Shown piece after piece: positions 40,447 to 47,216 of a DNA stretch of 64,000 nt; the first letter of the stretch is position 1, and each line of letters starts with the position of its first letter. Location: positions 97,443-161,442 of the IMG/VR virus record IMGVR_UViG_3300028048_000057; one strand, written 5' to 3'. The translations under genes were made by a program, and so were the position numbers. A model generated the notes under the pieces. That model worked only from the letters and a program-made list of their open reading frames with translations, made no database searches and was not told the DNA's origin. Source of the stretch: a virus (lineage: Duplodnaviria; Caudoviricetes).

Positions 40447-41815
40447 AAAAGAAAAAATAAATTTAGATTCTATTGCTGGTTATTTTGAGGAAAAAGAAGA
40501 ACTCAAAAAGATTATCAATTTAATTCAAAATTATGATAGATATAAAGAAATGGGAATTCAAGTACCTAGAGGAATTATTTTACAAGGCCCTCCAGGATGT
40601 GGAAAAACCTTAATAGCAAGTGTTATTGCAAATGAATGTAATGTCCCATTCTTCTCATTTAAAGCAGGTTCAGATGGAACTAAAGTTCTTGGAGAGTTAA
40701 AAAGAATCTATAGAGAAGCCGAAAAAGTAACTCCTTCTATTGTTTATCTTGATGAATTAGTTGAATTAGTAACAAATAGAAGATTTGCTAGTGATACCTC
40801 AAGAGCATGCTTACAATTTCTTTTAACTAAGTTAGATGGAGTTCAAAAAGGAATGGGGGTTTTAACTATTGCTTCTACTAATGCTTATGATGACTTACCT
40901 ATTGCTTTATTAAGAAGCGGAAGAATGGATAAAAAACTTAAGATTGATTTACCAGATGCTCAAAGTAGAGAAGAAATTTTAAAATTTTACACTAAAAAAT
41001 TTCCTATTTTTGATAAATTAAATTTAAAAATATTAGGAATAAAATTAAATGGAATGTCTGGTGCTGATATTAAAACACTAGTAAATAATGCTTTAATTGA
41101 ATATATTGACCAAAAAGAATATGTAGATGTAGATGATTTCACAAAACTAGTCAATGAAATGAATTTTGAAACTATAGGTAAGAAATGGAAAAGCACTAAA
41201 AGTGTTAAGAAAATTCTTGCTCATGAGGTAGGACATTCTTTAATTAGTTGGGTTTTAGAAGACAATCATGGAAGCATCAGTGCCCTTAGATATGGAGACA
41301 CAGCAGGGTTCACATCTTTTACACCTAAAGTAGATGAAGTTACAGATGAATATGGTGATGAAGAACTTAGTTTTGTATTATCTAAGAAGGATGCTAGAAA
41401 ACAATTTTGCATTGGTTTAGGTGGCATGGCAGGAGAACTTGTTTACTATGGTATTTATGATAGTGGTGTTGGAGGAGATGTTCAACAATTAAGAAACATG
41501 TATAAAGATTTAAGTGAAGTAGGAGTCTATGGAATAAAATATATGACCTTTAGATGGAATTATGATTCTACTTCATTAAAAGAAAAAGAAGAAAAACAAT
41601 TCTTAAAAGAACTAAGAAGAGCACTTAAAAAAGCAGTTAAAATTATTAAAAAATATAAATATTTGGGTAGATATATTATAGATAAGGCTTTAGATAATGA
41701 TGATGCTTTATCAGAAAACCAAATTGATAATATTATTGAAGATTATTTTACAAACAAAAGACAAATTATTAAAAAGTATAAAAAGATTCCTTTAACCTCA
41801 GAGGAGAAAGAATAA
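40433..41815 (+). CDS. Soluble FtsH-like AAA+ zinc protease (M41)
   Basis: PRG..GPPGCGKT, YLDE, ALLRSGRMD, SGADI, AHEVGH, GG..GE, GGD; no transmembrane segment. Confidence 0.88.
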   Translation: MLMPKKEKINLDSIAGYFEEKEELKKIINLIQNYDRYKEMGIQVPRGIILQGPPGCGKTLIASVIANECNVPFFSFKAGSDGTKVLGELKRIYREAEKVTPSIVYLDELVELVTNRRFASDTSRACLQFLLTKLDGVQKGMGVLTIASTNAYDDLPIALLRSGRMDKKLKIDLPDAQSREEILKFYTKKFPIFDKLNLKILGIKLNGMSGADIKTLVNNALIEYIDQKEYVDVDDFTKLVNEMNFETIGKKWKSTKSVKKILAHEVGHSLISWVLEDNHGSISALRYGDTAGFTSFTPKVDEVTDEYGDEELSFVLSKKDARKQFCIGLGGMAGELVYYGIYDSGVGGDVQQLRNMYKDLSEVGVYGIKYMTFRWNYDSTSLKEKEEKQFLKELRRALKKAVKIIKKYKYLGRYIIDKALDNDDALSENQIDNIIEDYFTNKRQIIKKYKKIPLTSEEKE

Positions 41816-41816
41816 T

Positions 41817-42089
41817 ATGAAAACTAAAGAACTTATTATTAAATATTCAGTGTTAAGTGAAACACTAAATGAGATTCAAAGTAGAATAGGTGAAATAGAA
41901 GAAACTATTGATGCCTTAGATGCAACTATAGAACAATCTGAATCTAGAGGACTTAGTCCTAATTTGATTGATGAACTTAGTAAAGCAAGAAATGATTTAG
42001 ATTTAGTAAGATTAAATTTATCCTTAAAAGCAAATGAAATAGAGCATGCTTTATTAAATTTTGAAAGAGTAAGACTTTTAACAATTTAA
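41817..42089 (+). CDS. Coiled-coil hypothetical protein
   Basis: 90-aa ORF. Confidence 0.5.
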   Translation: MKTKELIIKYSVLSETLNEIQSRIGEIEETIDALDATIEQSESRGLSPNLIDELSKARNDLDLVRLNLSLKANEIEHALLNFERVRLLTI

Positions 42090-42098
42090 CAAATTAGT

Positions 42099-42140
42099 TG
42101 CTAAATTTATATACTAGGCTACAAATATTGGTATATAATA
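42099..42140 (+). promoter_or_regulatory. Dual promoter (TGCTAAATTTA plus TATAAT in an inverted repeat) heading the RNA island
   Basis: Same architecture as 47174-47215. Confidence 0.6.
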
Positions 42141-42159
42141 TTATGTAGACCAAGTAAAA

Positions 42160-42236
42160 GGGCTGGCATGTACTAAGGGTAGCGAGCCTCCCTTGCAAGG
42201 AGGCTGTTGTGAGTTCGATTCTCACCTGGTCCACCA
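42160..42236 (+). tRNA. tRNA-Ala(TGC), atypical D-arm
   Basis: G3:U70 pair, A73, CCA; CCTCC-CT TGC AA-GGAGG; GTGAG-TTCGATT-CTCAC. Confidence 0.85.
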
Positions 42237-42240
42237 TTAA

Positions 42241-42560
42241 AGTTAAGAAACACTTAAAGAGTTCAGAGAGTTCTAGATTAATCTCAAGTAAAAATATCTA
42301 GGTGGTCGAGAAGATGACTGTATCACATCTATAAAAAGACAGTGGAGGAGACTAGAGTTAATCTCTAAGCATAAGAAGGAAAACTTGTAAAACCAGTGAC
42401 TAGTTAACACTTATAACTATAGTGGTCCAAAAAGGGGAATCGCCATAAAATACACCTCAATAATTGAAAGGATAAGGTTCAATGGCGGTAGGTGAAGTTT
42501 TGTTTATAACAAGCATATGTATTTGTCCGAGATGACATTAAACTAAATACTTCTTAATTG
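42241..42560 (+). ncRNA. Unassigned ~320-nt structured RNA
   Basis: No ORF of 60 aa or more; termini pair (AGTTAAGAA/TTCTTAATT); several internal hairpins; retains CpG. Confidence 0.55.
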
Positions 42561-42579
42561 AAGAGAATAGGAGATACAT

Positions 42580-42798
42580 ATGTTTGATTACTTAGGATGG
42601 GGCAAACATCTATATTCCTTGGCAGCAACAGGAATTAAATTCAAAGACAAAGAATATACTTCTAGAAAAAGTGCAGAACGTGATATGTATGCATTTATGA
42701 ATAAGCATGGCTTAAGAATTGAAAAAGTATATGATGACAATCATTTTAAAACCTATATTTGCCAAAATGATATTAGATTTTACATTAATAGAATGTAA
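42580..42798 (+). CDS. Small hypothetical protein within the RNA island
   Basis: AGGAGA RBS; 72 aa. Confidence 0.6.
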   Translation: MFDYLGWGKHLYSLAATGIKFKDKEYTSRKSAERDMYAFMNKHGLRIEKVYDDNHFKTYICQNDIRFYINRM

Positions 42799-42842
42799 TC
42801 CCTAGAGGTACCAACTACCTTGAATTAAAACAGTTGGAAAAT

Positions 42843-42916
42843 GCAAATGTTGCATAATGGTAGTGCCCTTGCCTTCCAAGCAAGAGGTGAGAGTTCAATT
42901 CTCTTCATTTGCTCCA
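42843..42916 (+). tRNA. tRNA-Gly(TCC)
   Basis: GCAAATG/CATTTGC-T-CCA; CTTGC-CT TCC AA-GCAAG. Confidence 0.92.
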
Positions 42917-42917
42917 G

Positions 42918-43170
42918 TGCTGTTTCTATGGGTCTTCAGACACTAATAAATCAAAATGACCCACCCATAGGTAATTGGGAAGATTTACCTCCAGAAATTT
43001 GGTCGGCTAGTTGGCACGAACTTGAAAGACACTAAGTGTTGCAACAGACCCACAAGAACTGCAGTGAGTGGGCAAGCACGAGTGATGGACAGAGAATGGG
43101 ATGTTTTGAAAAAGAAACTACGATTGAGTCACCACACTGAGAGCACAAGGTTCACTGGGCAAAGAACAAA
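42918..43170 (+). ncRNA. Unassigned structured RNA between two tRNA-Gly genes
   Basis: Long closing helix 42918-42935/43045-43063; H-type pseudoknot; GC and CpG elevated. Confidence 0.55.
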
Positions 43171-43174
43171 ACAC

Positions 43175-43248
43175 GCAGGTGTAGGACAATGGTAGTCCAT
43201 TTGCTTGCCATGCAAAATATATGGGTCCGATTCCCATCACCTGCTCCA
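43175..43248 (+). tRNA. tRNA-Gly(GCC)
   Basis: GCAGGTG/CACCTGC-T-CCA; TTTGC-TT GCC AT-GCAAA. Confidence 0.9.
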
Positions 43249-43249
43249 T

Positions 43250-43335
43250 CCTCAAAGTGCTGGAAGTTGTGGCACATCTATTCAATTAAGGCTATAGACT
43301 TAGAATAGAAGGGGAGGGGTAAGGTCCCTCTGAGG
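43250..43335 (+). ncRNA. Cloverleaf-like four-way-junction RNA without canonical tRNA loops
   Basis: CCTCA/TGAGG closing GTGCT/GGCAC, TCTATTC/GAATAGA and GAGGGG/TCCCTC arms. Confidence 0.45.
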
Positions 43336-43343
43336 TCTAATAT

Positions 43344-43418
43344 TGCGGGGAAGTGTAACGGTTGCATACTAGGCTCATAACCTAGTGGTAGTAGGTTCAA
43401 TTCCCACCCCCGTAACCA
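43344..43418 (+). tRNA. tRNA-Met(CAT), initiator-like
   Basis: TGCGGGG/CCCCGTA-A-CCA resembles fMet acceptor; CTAGG-CT CAT AA-CCTAG. Confidence 0.85.
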
Positions 43419-43600
43419 TCACACATAAAAAGTGTGCTAAATTATAGTGAGGAAAAGTAACAATGAGAACTATTTTGACCATCAAGAGTATTGAATTAGT
43501 CACATTAGAAAAACATATTTGTGAAGATAATGTGATTTTTGTGCATGGTCAAGATACTTCTTATGAATAACATTAAATAATTATAAAGATGTTAAATTTG

Positions 43601-43628
43601 AGTGCTTGGCTATGCTAGGCACTTTTTT
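43601..43628 (+). terminator. Intrinsic terminator
   Basis: AGTGCTTGGC-tat-GCTAGGCACT followed by T tract. Confidence 0.75.
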
Positions 43629-43637
43629 CTTCTAAAT

Positions 43638-43716
43638 GCTCCCTTAGACGAAATGGTTTACAGTCACAACCCTTTCAAGGTTGTATTTGTGGGTTCGAGT
43701 CCCATAGGGAGTACCA
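43638..43716 (+). tRNA. tRNA-Glu(TTC)
   Basis: GCTCCCT/AGGGAGT-A-CCA; CAACC-CT TTC AA-GGTTG. Confidence 0.92.
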
Positions 43717-43760
43717 AGAGTATTGCCTTAACACATGCTAAATTAAATGAGGAACAATTT

Positions 43761-44429
43761 ATGTACAAATTAAATTTAGACAACAATTATTTAAAACCTA
43801 ATTATGAATCTTGTCCTTATTGTAATAAAATGTGTAAAAACAAAAATAGTTTTAAACAGCATGTGAGATTATGTAAAGAAAATCCAAATAGACAAGAATC
43901 TAATTTAAAAAATCAAGGTTGGTCTAAAGGACTAACTAAAGACACAGACATTAGAGTGTATAATCACTCTAAATATGAAAAGACTTTCTTTGAAAAGCAT
44001 AGTGGATACTTTAAAGGAAAGAAGCACACACAAGAAAGTAAAGATAAAATATCTAAGGGGAGGAAAAAATATTTACAAGAAAATCCACAAAAAGTTCCAT
44101 ACATTCTAAACCATTCATCCAAAAGTAGTTATCCAGAACAATACTTTAAAGAATTATTTGATTTAGAACAAATACCTTTACAGTATCATTTACAAATTTC
44201 TAAATATGAATTAGATTTCTACAATCTAGAAAATAAAATAGATTTAGAGATTGATGGGGAACAACATTATTTAGATTCTAAAATAGCAAAAAGTGATTTA
44301 GAAAGAACAAAATATCTTGAATCTCTTGGATGGACTGTGATTAGAATTAGATGGTCTAATTATCAAAAATTAACTTTAGAAGAGAAAAAGAAGTTAATTA
44401 ATGATATTAAAGAATTAATGCACCCATAA
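43761..44429 (+). mobile_element. Free-standing homing endonuclease (C2HC zinc finger + NUMOD3 + DUF559/Vsr-like nuclease)
   Basis: CPYC..H..C, GWSKG, FKGKKHTQESK.KIS, S.PE, LDFY..EIDGEQH..D..R..L...GW.VIRIRW; start reassigned to ATG 43761 after GAGG. Confidence 0.8.
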
Positions 44430-44495
44430 CTCAGTTGGTAGAGTAATAGACTTTTAATCTATGAGTCGGTGGTTCGAGCCCACCTGGGTGTACCA
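44420..44495 (+). tRNA. tRNA-Lys(TTT)
   Basis: GCACCCA/TGGGTGT-A-CCA; ATAGA-CT TTT AA-TCTAT. Confidence 0.93.
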
Positions 44496-44572
44496 TCCTC
44501 CATAGCAAAATTGGATAATGCACCTGACTCTTAATCAGGGGATTCTAGATTCAAGTTCTAGTGGAGGAACCA
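44496..44572 (+). tRNA. tRNA-Lys(CTT)
   Basis: TCCTCCA/TGGAGGA-A-CCA; CCTGA-CT CTT AA-TCAGG. Confidence 0.88.
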
Positions 44573-44576
44573 ATAA

Positions 44577-44652
44577 GGTCTCTTAGTTTATTTGGTAAAA
44601 CATTCCCCTGATAAGGGAAAGAGGGTTGGTTCAAAACCAGCAGAGACCACCA
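44577..44652 (+). tRNA. tRNA-Ile(GAT)
   Basis: GGTCTCT/AGAGACC-A-CCA; TTCCC-CT GAT AA-GGGAA. Confidence 0.92.
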
Positions 44653-44685
44653 AACACCTAAATAAGGTGTATAATAACATAGATT

Positions 44686-44762
44686 GCCCTTGTAGCATCA
44701 ATTGGTAGATGTCCTCACTTGTAATGAGGCTGTTGGGAGTTCAAGTCTCTCCAAGGGCACCA
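44686..44762 (+). tRNA. tRNA-Thr(TGT)
   Basis: GCCCTTG/CAAGGGC-A-CCA; CCTCA-CT TGT AA-TGAGG. Confidence 0.92.
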
Positions 44763-44764
44763 TC

Positions 44765-44830
44765 CATCTCTATGATTGGGTTCAACTCCCTTTGGCCGAG
44801 GAAGGCTTGGCAAGTGGTGTAGTAGAGATG
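44765..44830 (+). ncRNA. Permuted tRNA-like small RNA (T-loop before a D-loop-like segment)
   Basis: CATCTCTAT/GTAGAGATG closing GGG-TTCAACT-CCC, GCCGAG/CTTGGC and AGTGGTGTA. Confidence 0.5.
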
Positions 44831-44836
44831 CCTTAT

Positions 44837-44921
44837 GCTCAAGTGTTGGAACTGGTATACATCACTGACTTAAAATCAGTGGCCGAGAGGATTAAGGGTT
44901 CAAATCCCTTCTTGAGCACCA
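44837..44921 (+). tRNA. tRNA-Leu(TAA)
   Basis: GCTCAAG/CTTGAGC-A-CCA; ACTGA-CT TAA AA-TCAGT; variable arm. Confidence 0.92.
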
Positions 44922-44924
44922 TAT

Positions 44925-44998
44925 GGGTCCTTGGCATATCGGTAGTGCAGTTGGCTGTTAACCAACCTAGGTAGGTTCAACTCCTTCAGGTCCCGCCA
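44925..44998 (+). tRNA. tRNA-Asn(GTT)
   Basis: GGGTCCT/AGGTCCC-G-CCA; GTTGG-CT GTT AA-CCAAC. Confidence 0.9.
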
Positions 44999-45020
44999 TT
45001 AACCAATCAACAATTAATTT

Positions 45021-45097
45021 GGGCCATTGGTGCAGAGGTCAAACATGTCTCCTTGTCACGGAGAAGAACAGGGGTTCGAATCCCCTATGGCCCGCCA
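45021..45097 (+). tRNA. tRNA-Asp(GTC)
   Basis: GGGCCAT/ATGGCCC-G-CCA; TCTCC-TT GTC AC-GGAGA. Confidence 0.92.
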
Positions 45098-45098
45098 A

Positions 45099-45173
45099 GT
45101 ATAGTTGGCTGATTGGCTTAGGCAGTGGTCTGCAACACCATTTAGTAGGGTTCGATTCCCTAACTATACTCCA
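45099..45173 (+). tRNA. tRNA-Cys(GCA)
   Basis: GTATAGT/ACTATAC-T-CCA (U73); GTGGT-CT GCA AC-ACCAT. Confidence 0.9.
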
Positions 45174-45176
45174 TTT

Positions 45177-45252
45177 ACACCTTTAACTCAGTTGGGAGAG
45201 TGCCACCCCTACAAGATGGAAGTCATAGGTTCAAGTCCTATAAGGTGTACCA
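45177..45252 (+). tRNA. tRNA-Val(TAC) with C33 and an anticodon-stem mismatch
   Basis: ACACCTT/AAGGTGT-A-CCA; CCACC-CC TAC AA-GATGG. Confidence 0.8.
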
Positions 45253-45253
45253 T

Positions 45254-45327
45254 GTGACATTAGCACAAAATTAGTGCACTTGACTGTGAATCAAGGGAAG
45301 AGGGAGAGTTACCCTCATGTCACCCCA
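45254..45327 (+). tRNA. tRNA-His(GTG), atypical T- and D-loops, no encoded G-1
   Basis: GTGACAT/ATGTCAC-C-CCA; CTTGA-CT GTG AA-TCAAG; T-loop AGAGTTA. Confidence 0.85.
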
Positions 45328-45337
45328 TATATTTATT

Positions 45338-45428
45338 GGAGGATTACTCAAGTGGTTGAAGAGGGTGGTTTGCTAAACCACTAGTGGAAGAAATTCTAGC
45401 ATAGGTTCAAATCCTATATCCTCCGCCA
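45338..45428 (+). tRNA. tRNA-Ser(GCT)
   Basis: GGAGGAT/ATCCTCC-G-CCA; GTGGT-TT GCT AA-ACCAC; long variable arm. Confidence 0.93.
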
Positions 45429-45459
45429 TAAAATATTTATTGACAAGTATTTATTATTC

Positions 45460-45684
45460 ATGTATATTATTGGTATGGATATAATTATTTTTCATGAAAT
45501 TAGTATTGTGTTATTATGCTTGATTTATATTCCTAGCATGATTCCTTTCGTTCAATATATCTTATTAAAGAATAGAAAAGAATGTAATAGAAACAAATCT
45601 AAAGAAAAACTATGTTTGACTCTTTGGTTATCATCTATTATAATATTTATTGCAAATGTATTATTATTAATTGCTATTGATTAG
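45460..45684 (+). CDS. Small two-TM membrane protein
   Basis: Two hydrophobic stretches; TTGACA promoter at 45440. Confidence 0.5.
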   Translation: MYIIGMDIIIFHEISIVLLCLIYIPSMIPFVQYILLKNRKECNRNKSKEKLCLTLWLSSIIIFIANVLLLIAID

Positions 45685-45700
45685 GAGATAATTATAAAAT

Positions 45701-46474
45701 ATGATTAAACATTTATATGATGAAATTGCAAAAAGATGGTTAACAAATTGTGATTCTATTTATATCTATAGTGACACACATTTTTCTGATGTTGAATTAT
45801 ATGATATGAGAGGCCTTTTAAATATACCAGATGATATAGTATTTGCTAAAGAACAAGGTGATTCTAGAAGTTATGACTTATATGTTGAAGAAAGAGTTGA
45901 AGTTTTAGATGAGATGCAGATTAAAAACATTAATTCCAAAGCAGGTAAAAACTCTTGTCTCATCATCTTAGGTGATGTTGGTAATATAGAATGTGTTAAG
46001 AAATTAAAAGCAAAATATAAAATTCTTATTATGGGAAATCATGATAAAGGTGCTTCTAATTATTTAATGAGATGGGATGCTAAATGGTGGCCAGATTACG
46101 ATATGGAGGAACTTAAGAAAGATGGGCACACTGAAGTATTAGATTATCCTCCTGGTGCTATTTTATATGGAAAAAGAATTAACGAAGGATTATTTGATGA
46201 AGTCTACGAAGGCCCTTTAATGATTAATGATAGAGTTATTTTATCTCATGAACCTATTAATGTTCCTAATTATATGTTTAATATTCATGGTCATGTTCAT
46301 AAAGCAGATTATAAAGGTGATTCACATCATTTAAATTGCTGTGCAGAAGCCATTAACTACACCCCTATTAATCTTATTAATTTATTGCAAAAAGGGTTAT
46401 TAAAAGATATTGATTCTATTCATAGAATGACTATTGATTTAGCAACAACTAAGAAAAAGAAAAGAACAAAATAA
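45701..46474 (+). CDS. Calcineurin-like metallophosphoesterase
   Basis: SDTHF, LGDVG, GNHD, SHEP, HGHVH. Confidence 0.85.
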   Translation: MIKHLYDEIAKRWLTNCDSIYIYSDTHFSDVELYDMRGLLNIPDDIVFAKEQGDSRSYDLYVEERVEVLDEMQIKNINSKAGKNSCLIILGDVGNIECVKKLKAKYKILIMGNHDKGASNYLMRWDAKWWPDYDMEELKKDGHTEVLDYPPGAILYGKRINEGLFDEVYEGPLMINDRVILSHEPINVPNYMFNIHGHVHKADYKGDSHHLNCCAEAINYTPINLINLLQKGLLKDIDSIHRMTIDLATTKKKKRTK

Positions 46475-46503
46475 GTGTATAATAAATAAAGAGGATTATT
46501 ATT

Positions 46504-46704
46504 ATGATTAATGTTGAATCAAAAATTAGATGTTATGAAGTTAATGATGAAGAAATTCAGGGGTTAGATTATCCAACAATTAAAATCACTAATCATTGGA
46601 ATGAGCATGAATTTGTAGTTCTAGTAATTAATGGAAATACATACACTGTTTCTGCTAAAGATTTAAAAGCAGCAATTGAAAATGCAACTAATGTAGCAAG
46701 ATAA
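46504..46704 (+). CDS. Small hypothetical protein
   Basis: GTGTATAAT motif and GAGG RBS. Confidence 0.55.
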   Translation: MINVESKIRCYEVNDEEIQGLDYPTIKITNHWNEHEFVVLVINGNTYTVSAKDLKAAIENATNVAR

Positions 46705-46775
46705 AAAAAATAATTGACAAATAAAAATTACAAAATTAAAATAGTAAATGTAGAATAGGAGGATACAATTAAATT

Positions 46776-47042
46776 ATGAATCTACAAGAATTATTTTCAA
46801 AAATGGCTAAGCCTAGCAAACCTTATGTATTAGGAAGTGGAAAACCTAATAAGTACAACAAAACCTCTTTAGATGGACATAGAGTCCTTAAAAATGGTTC
46901 TATTGTTGTGAGAACAATTAATGTTGCTAAACCTGATGTTAAAAATCCAGGTAAAAAAGTTCCAACTCCAGTTGATGCTTCTTATGATGCTTCATTAATT
47001 AAAAGTTACAAAAAAGCATTATCTTCAAAGGTAAAGGCTTAA
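46776..47042 (+). CDS. Small basic protein
   Basis: AGGAGG RBS; TTGACA at 46714; Lys/Pro-rich. Confidence 0.6.
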   Translation: MNLQELFSKMAKPSKPYVLGSGKPNKYNKTSLDGHRVLKNGSIVVRTINVAKPDVKNPGKKVPTPVDASYDASLIKSYKKALSSKVKA

Positions 47043-47050
47043 TTAAAATT

Positions 47051-47179
47051 ATGACAAGAAAAGAATATGTTGAAAAAAGGTTACTAGAATTATCTTATAA
47101 AGAAGATAAGGATAGTGTAGACCTTAAAGAAGAAAAAAGACTTGAAGAAGAATTAAAAACTCTTTTAAGTGATTGCTAA
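47051..47179 (+). CDS. 42-aa charged protein (not in ORF track)
   Basis: MTRKEYVEKRLL..SDC; phage-like codon usage. Confidence 0.45.
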   Translation: MTRKEYVEKRLLELSYKEDKDSVDLKEEKRLEEELKTLLSDC

Positions 47180-47215
47180 ATTTATTACACTAGGAAGAAT
47201 ATCTAGTGTATAATA
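47174..47215 (+). promoter_or_regulatory. Dual promoter (TGCTAAATTTA + GTGTATAAT) for the giant ncRNA
   Basis: Both recurrent motifs present; TACACTAG/CTAGTGTA inverted repeat. Confidence 0.65.
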
Positions 47216-47216
47216 G

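Noticed and set aside
42841-43035. 64-aa plus-strand ORF
   Set aside because: Overlaps tRNA-Gly and a structured RNA; no RBS; atypical codons
42241-43170. tmRNA or RNase P RNA
   Set aside because: No tRNA-like acceptor/T-arm termini for tmRNA; no GAGGAAAGUCC P4 signature for RNase P
43602-43760. N-terminal 53 aa of the 275-aa ORF
   Set aside because: Crosses a terminator and tRNA-Glu; the real start is ATG 43761 with promoter and RBS
44702-44974. 90-aa plus-strand ORF
   Set aside because: Runs through tRNA-Thr, tRNA-Leu and tRNA-Asn
45177-45252. Amber suppressor reading (CTA) of the CCCTACA loop
   Set aside because: The anticodon stem only pairs with TAC centred in the loop; A73 fits Val
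42237-45430. HDV-like theta ribozymes after tRNAs
   Set aside because: I could not build the nested double pseudoknot starting at any tRNA 3' end; not excluded without a descriptor search
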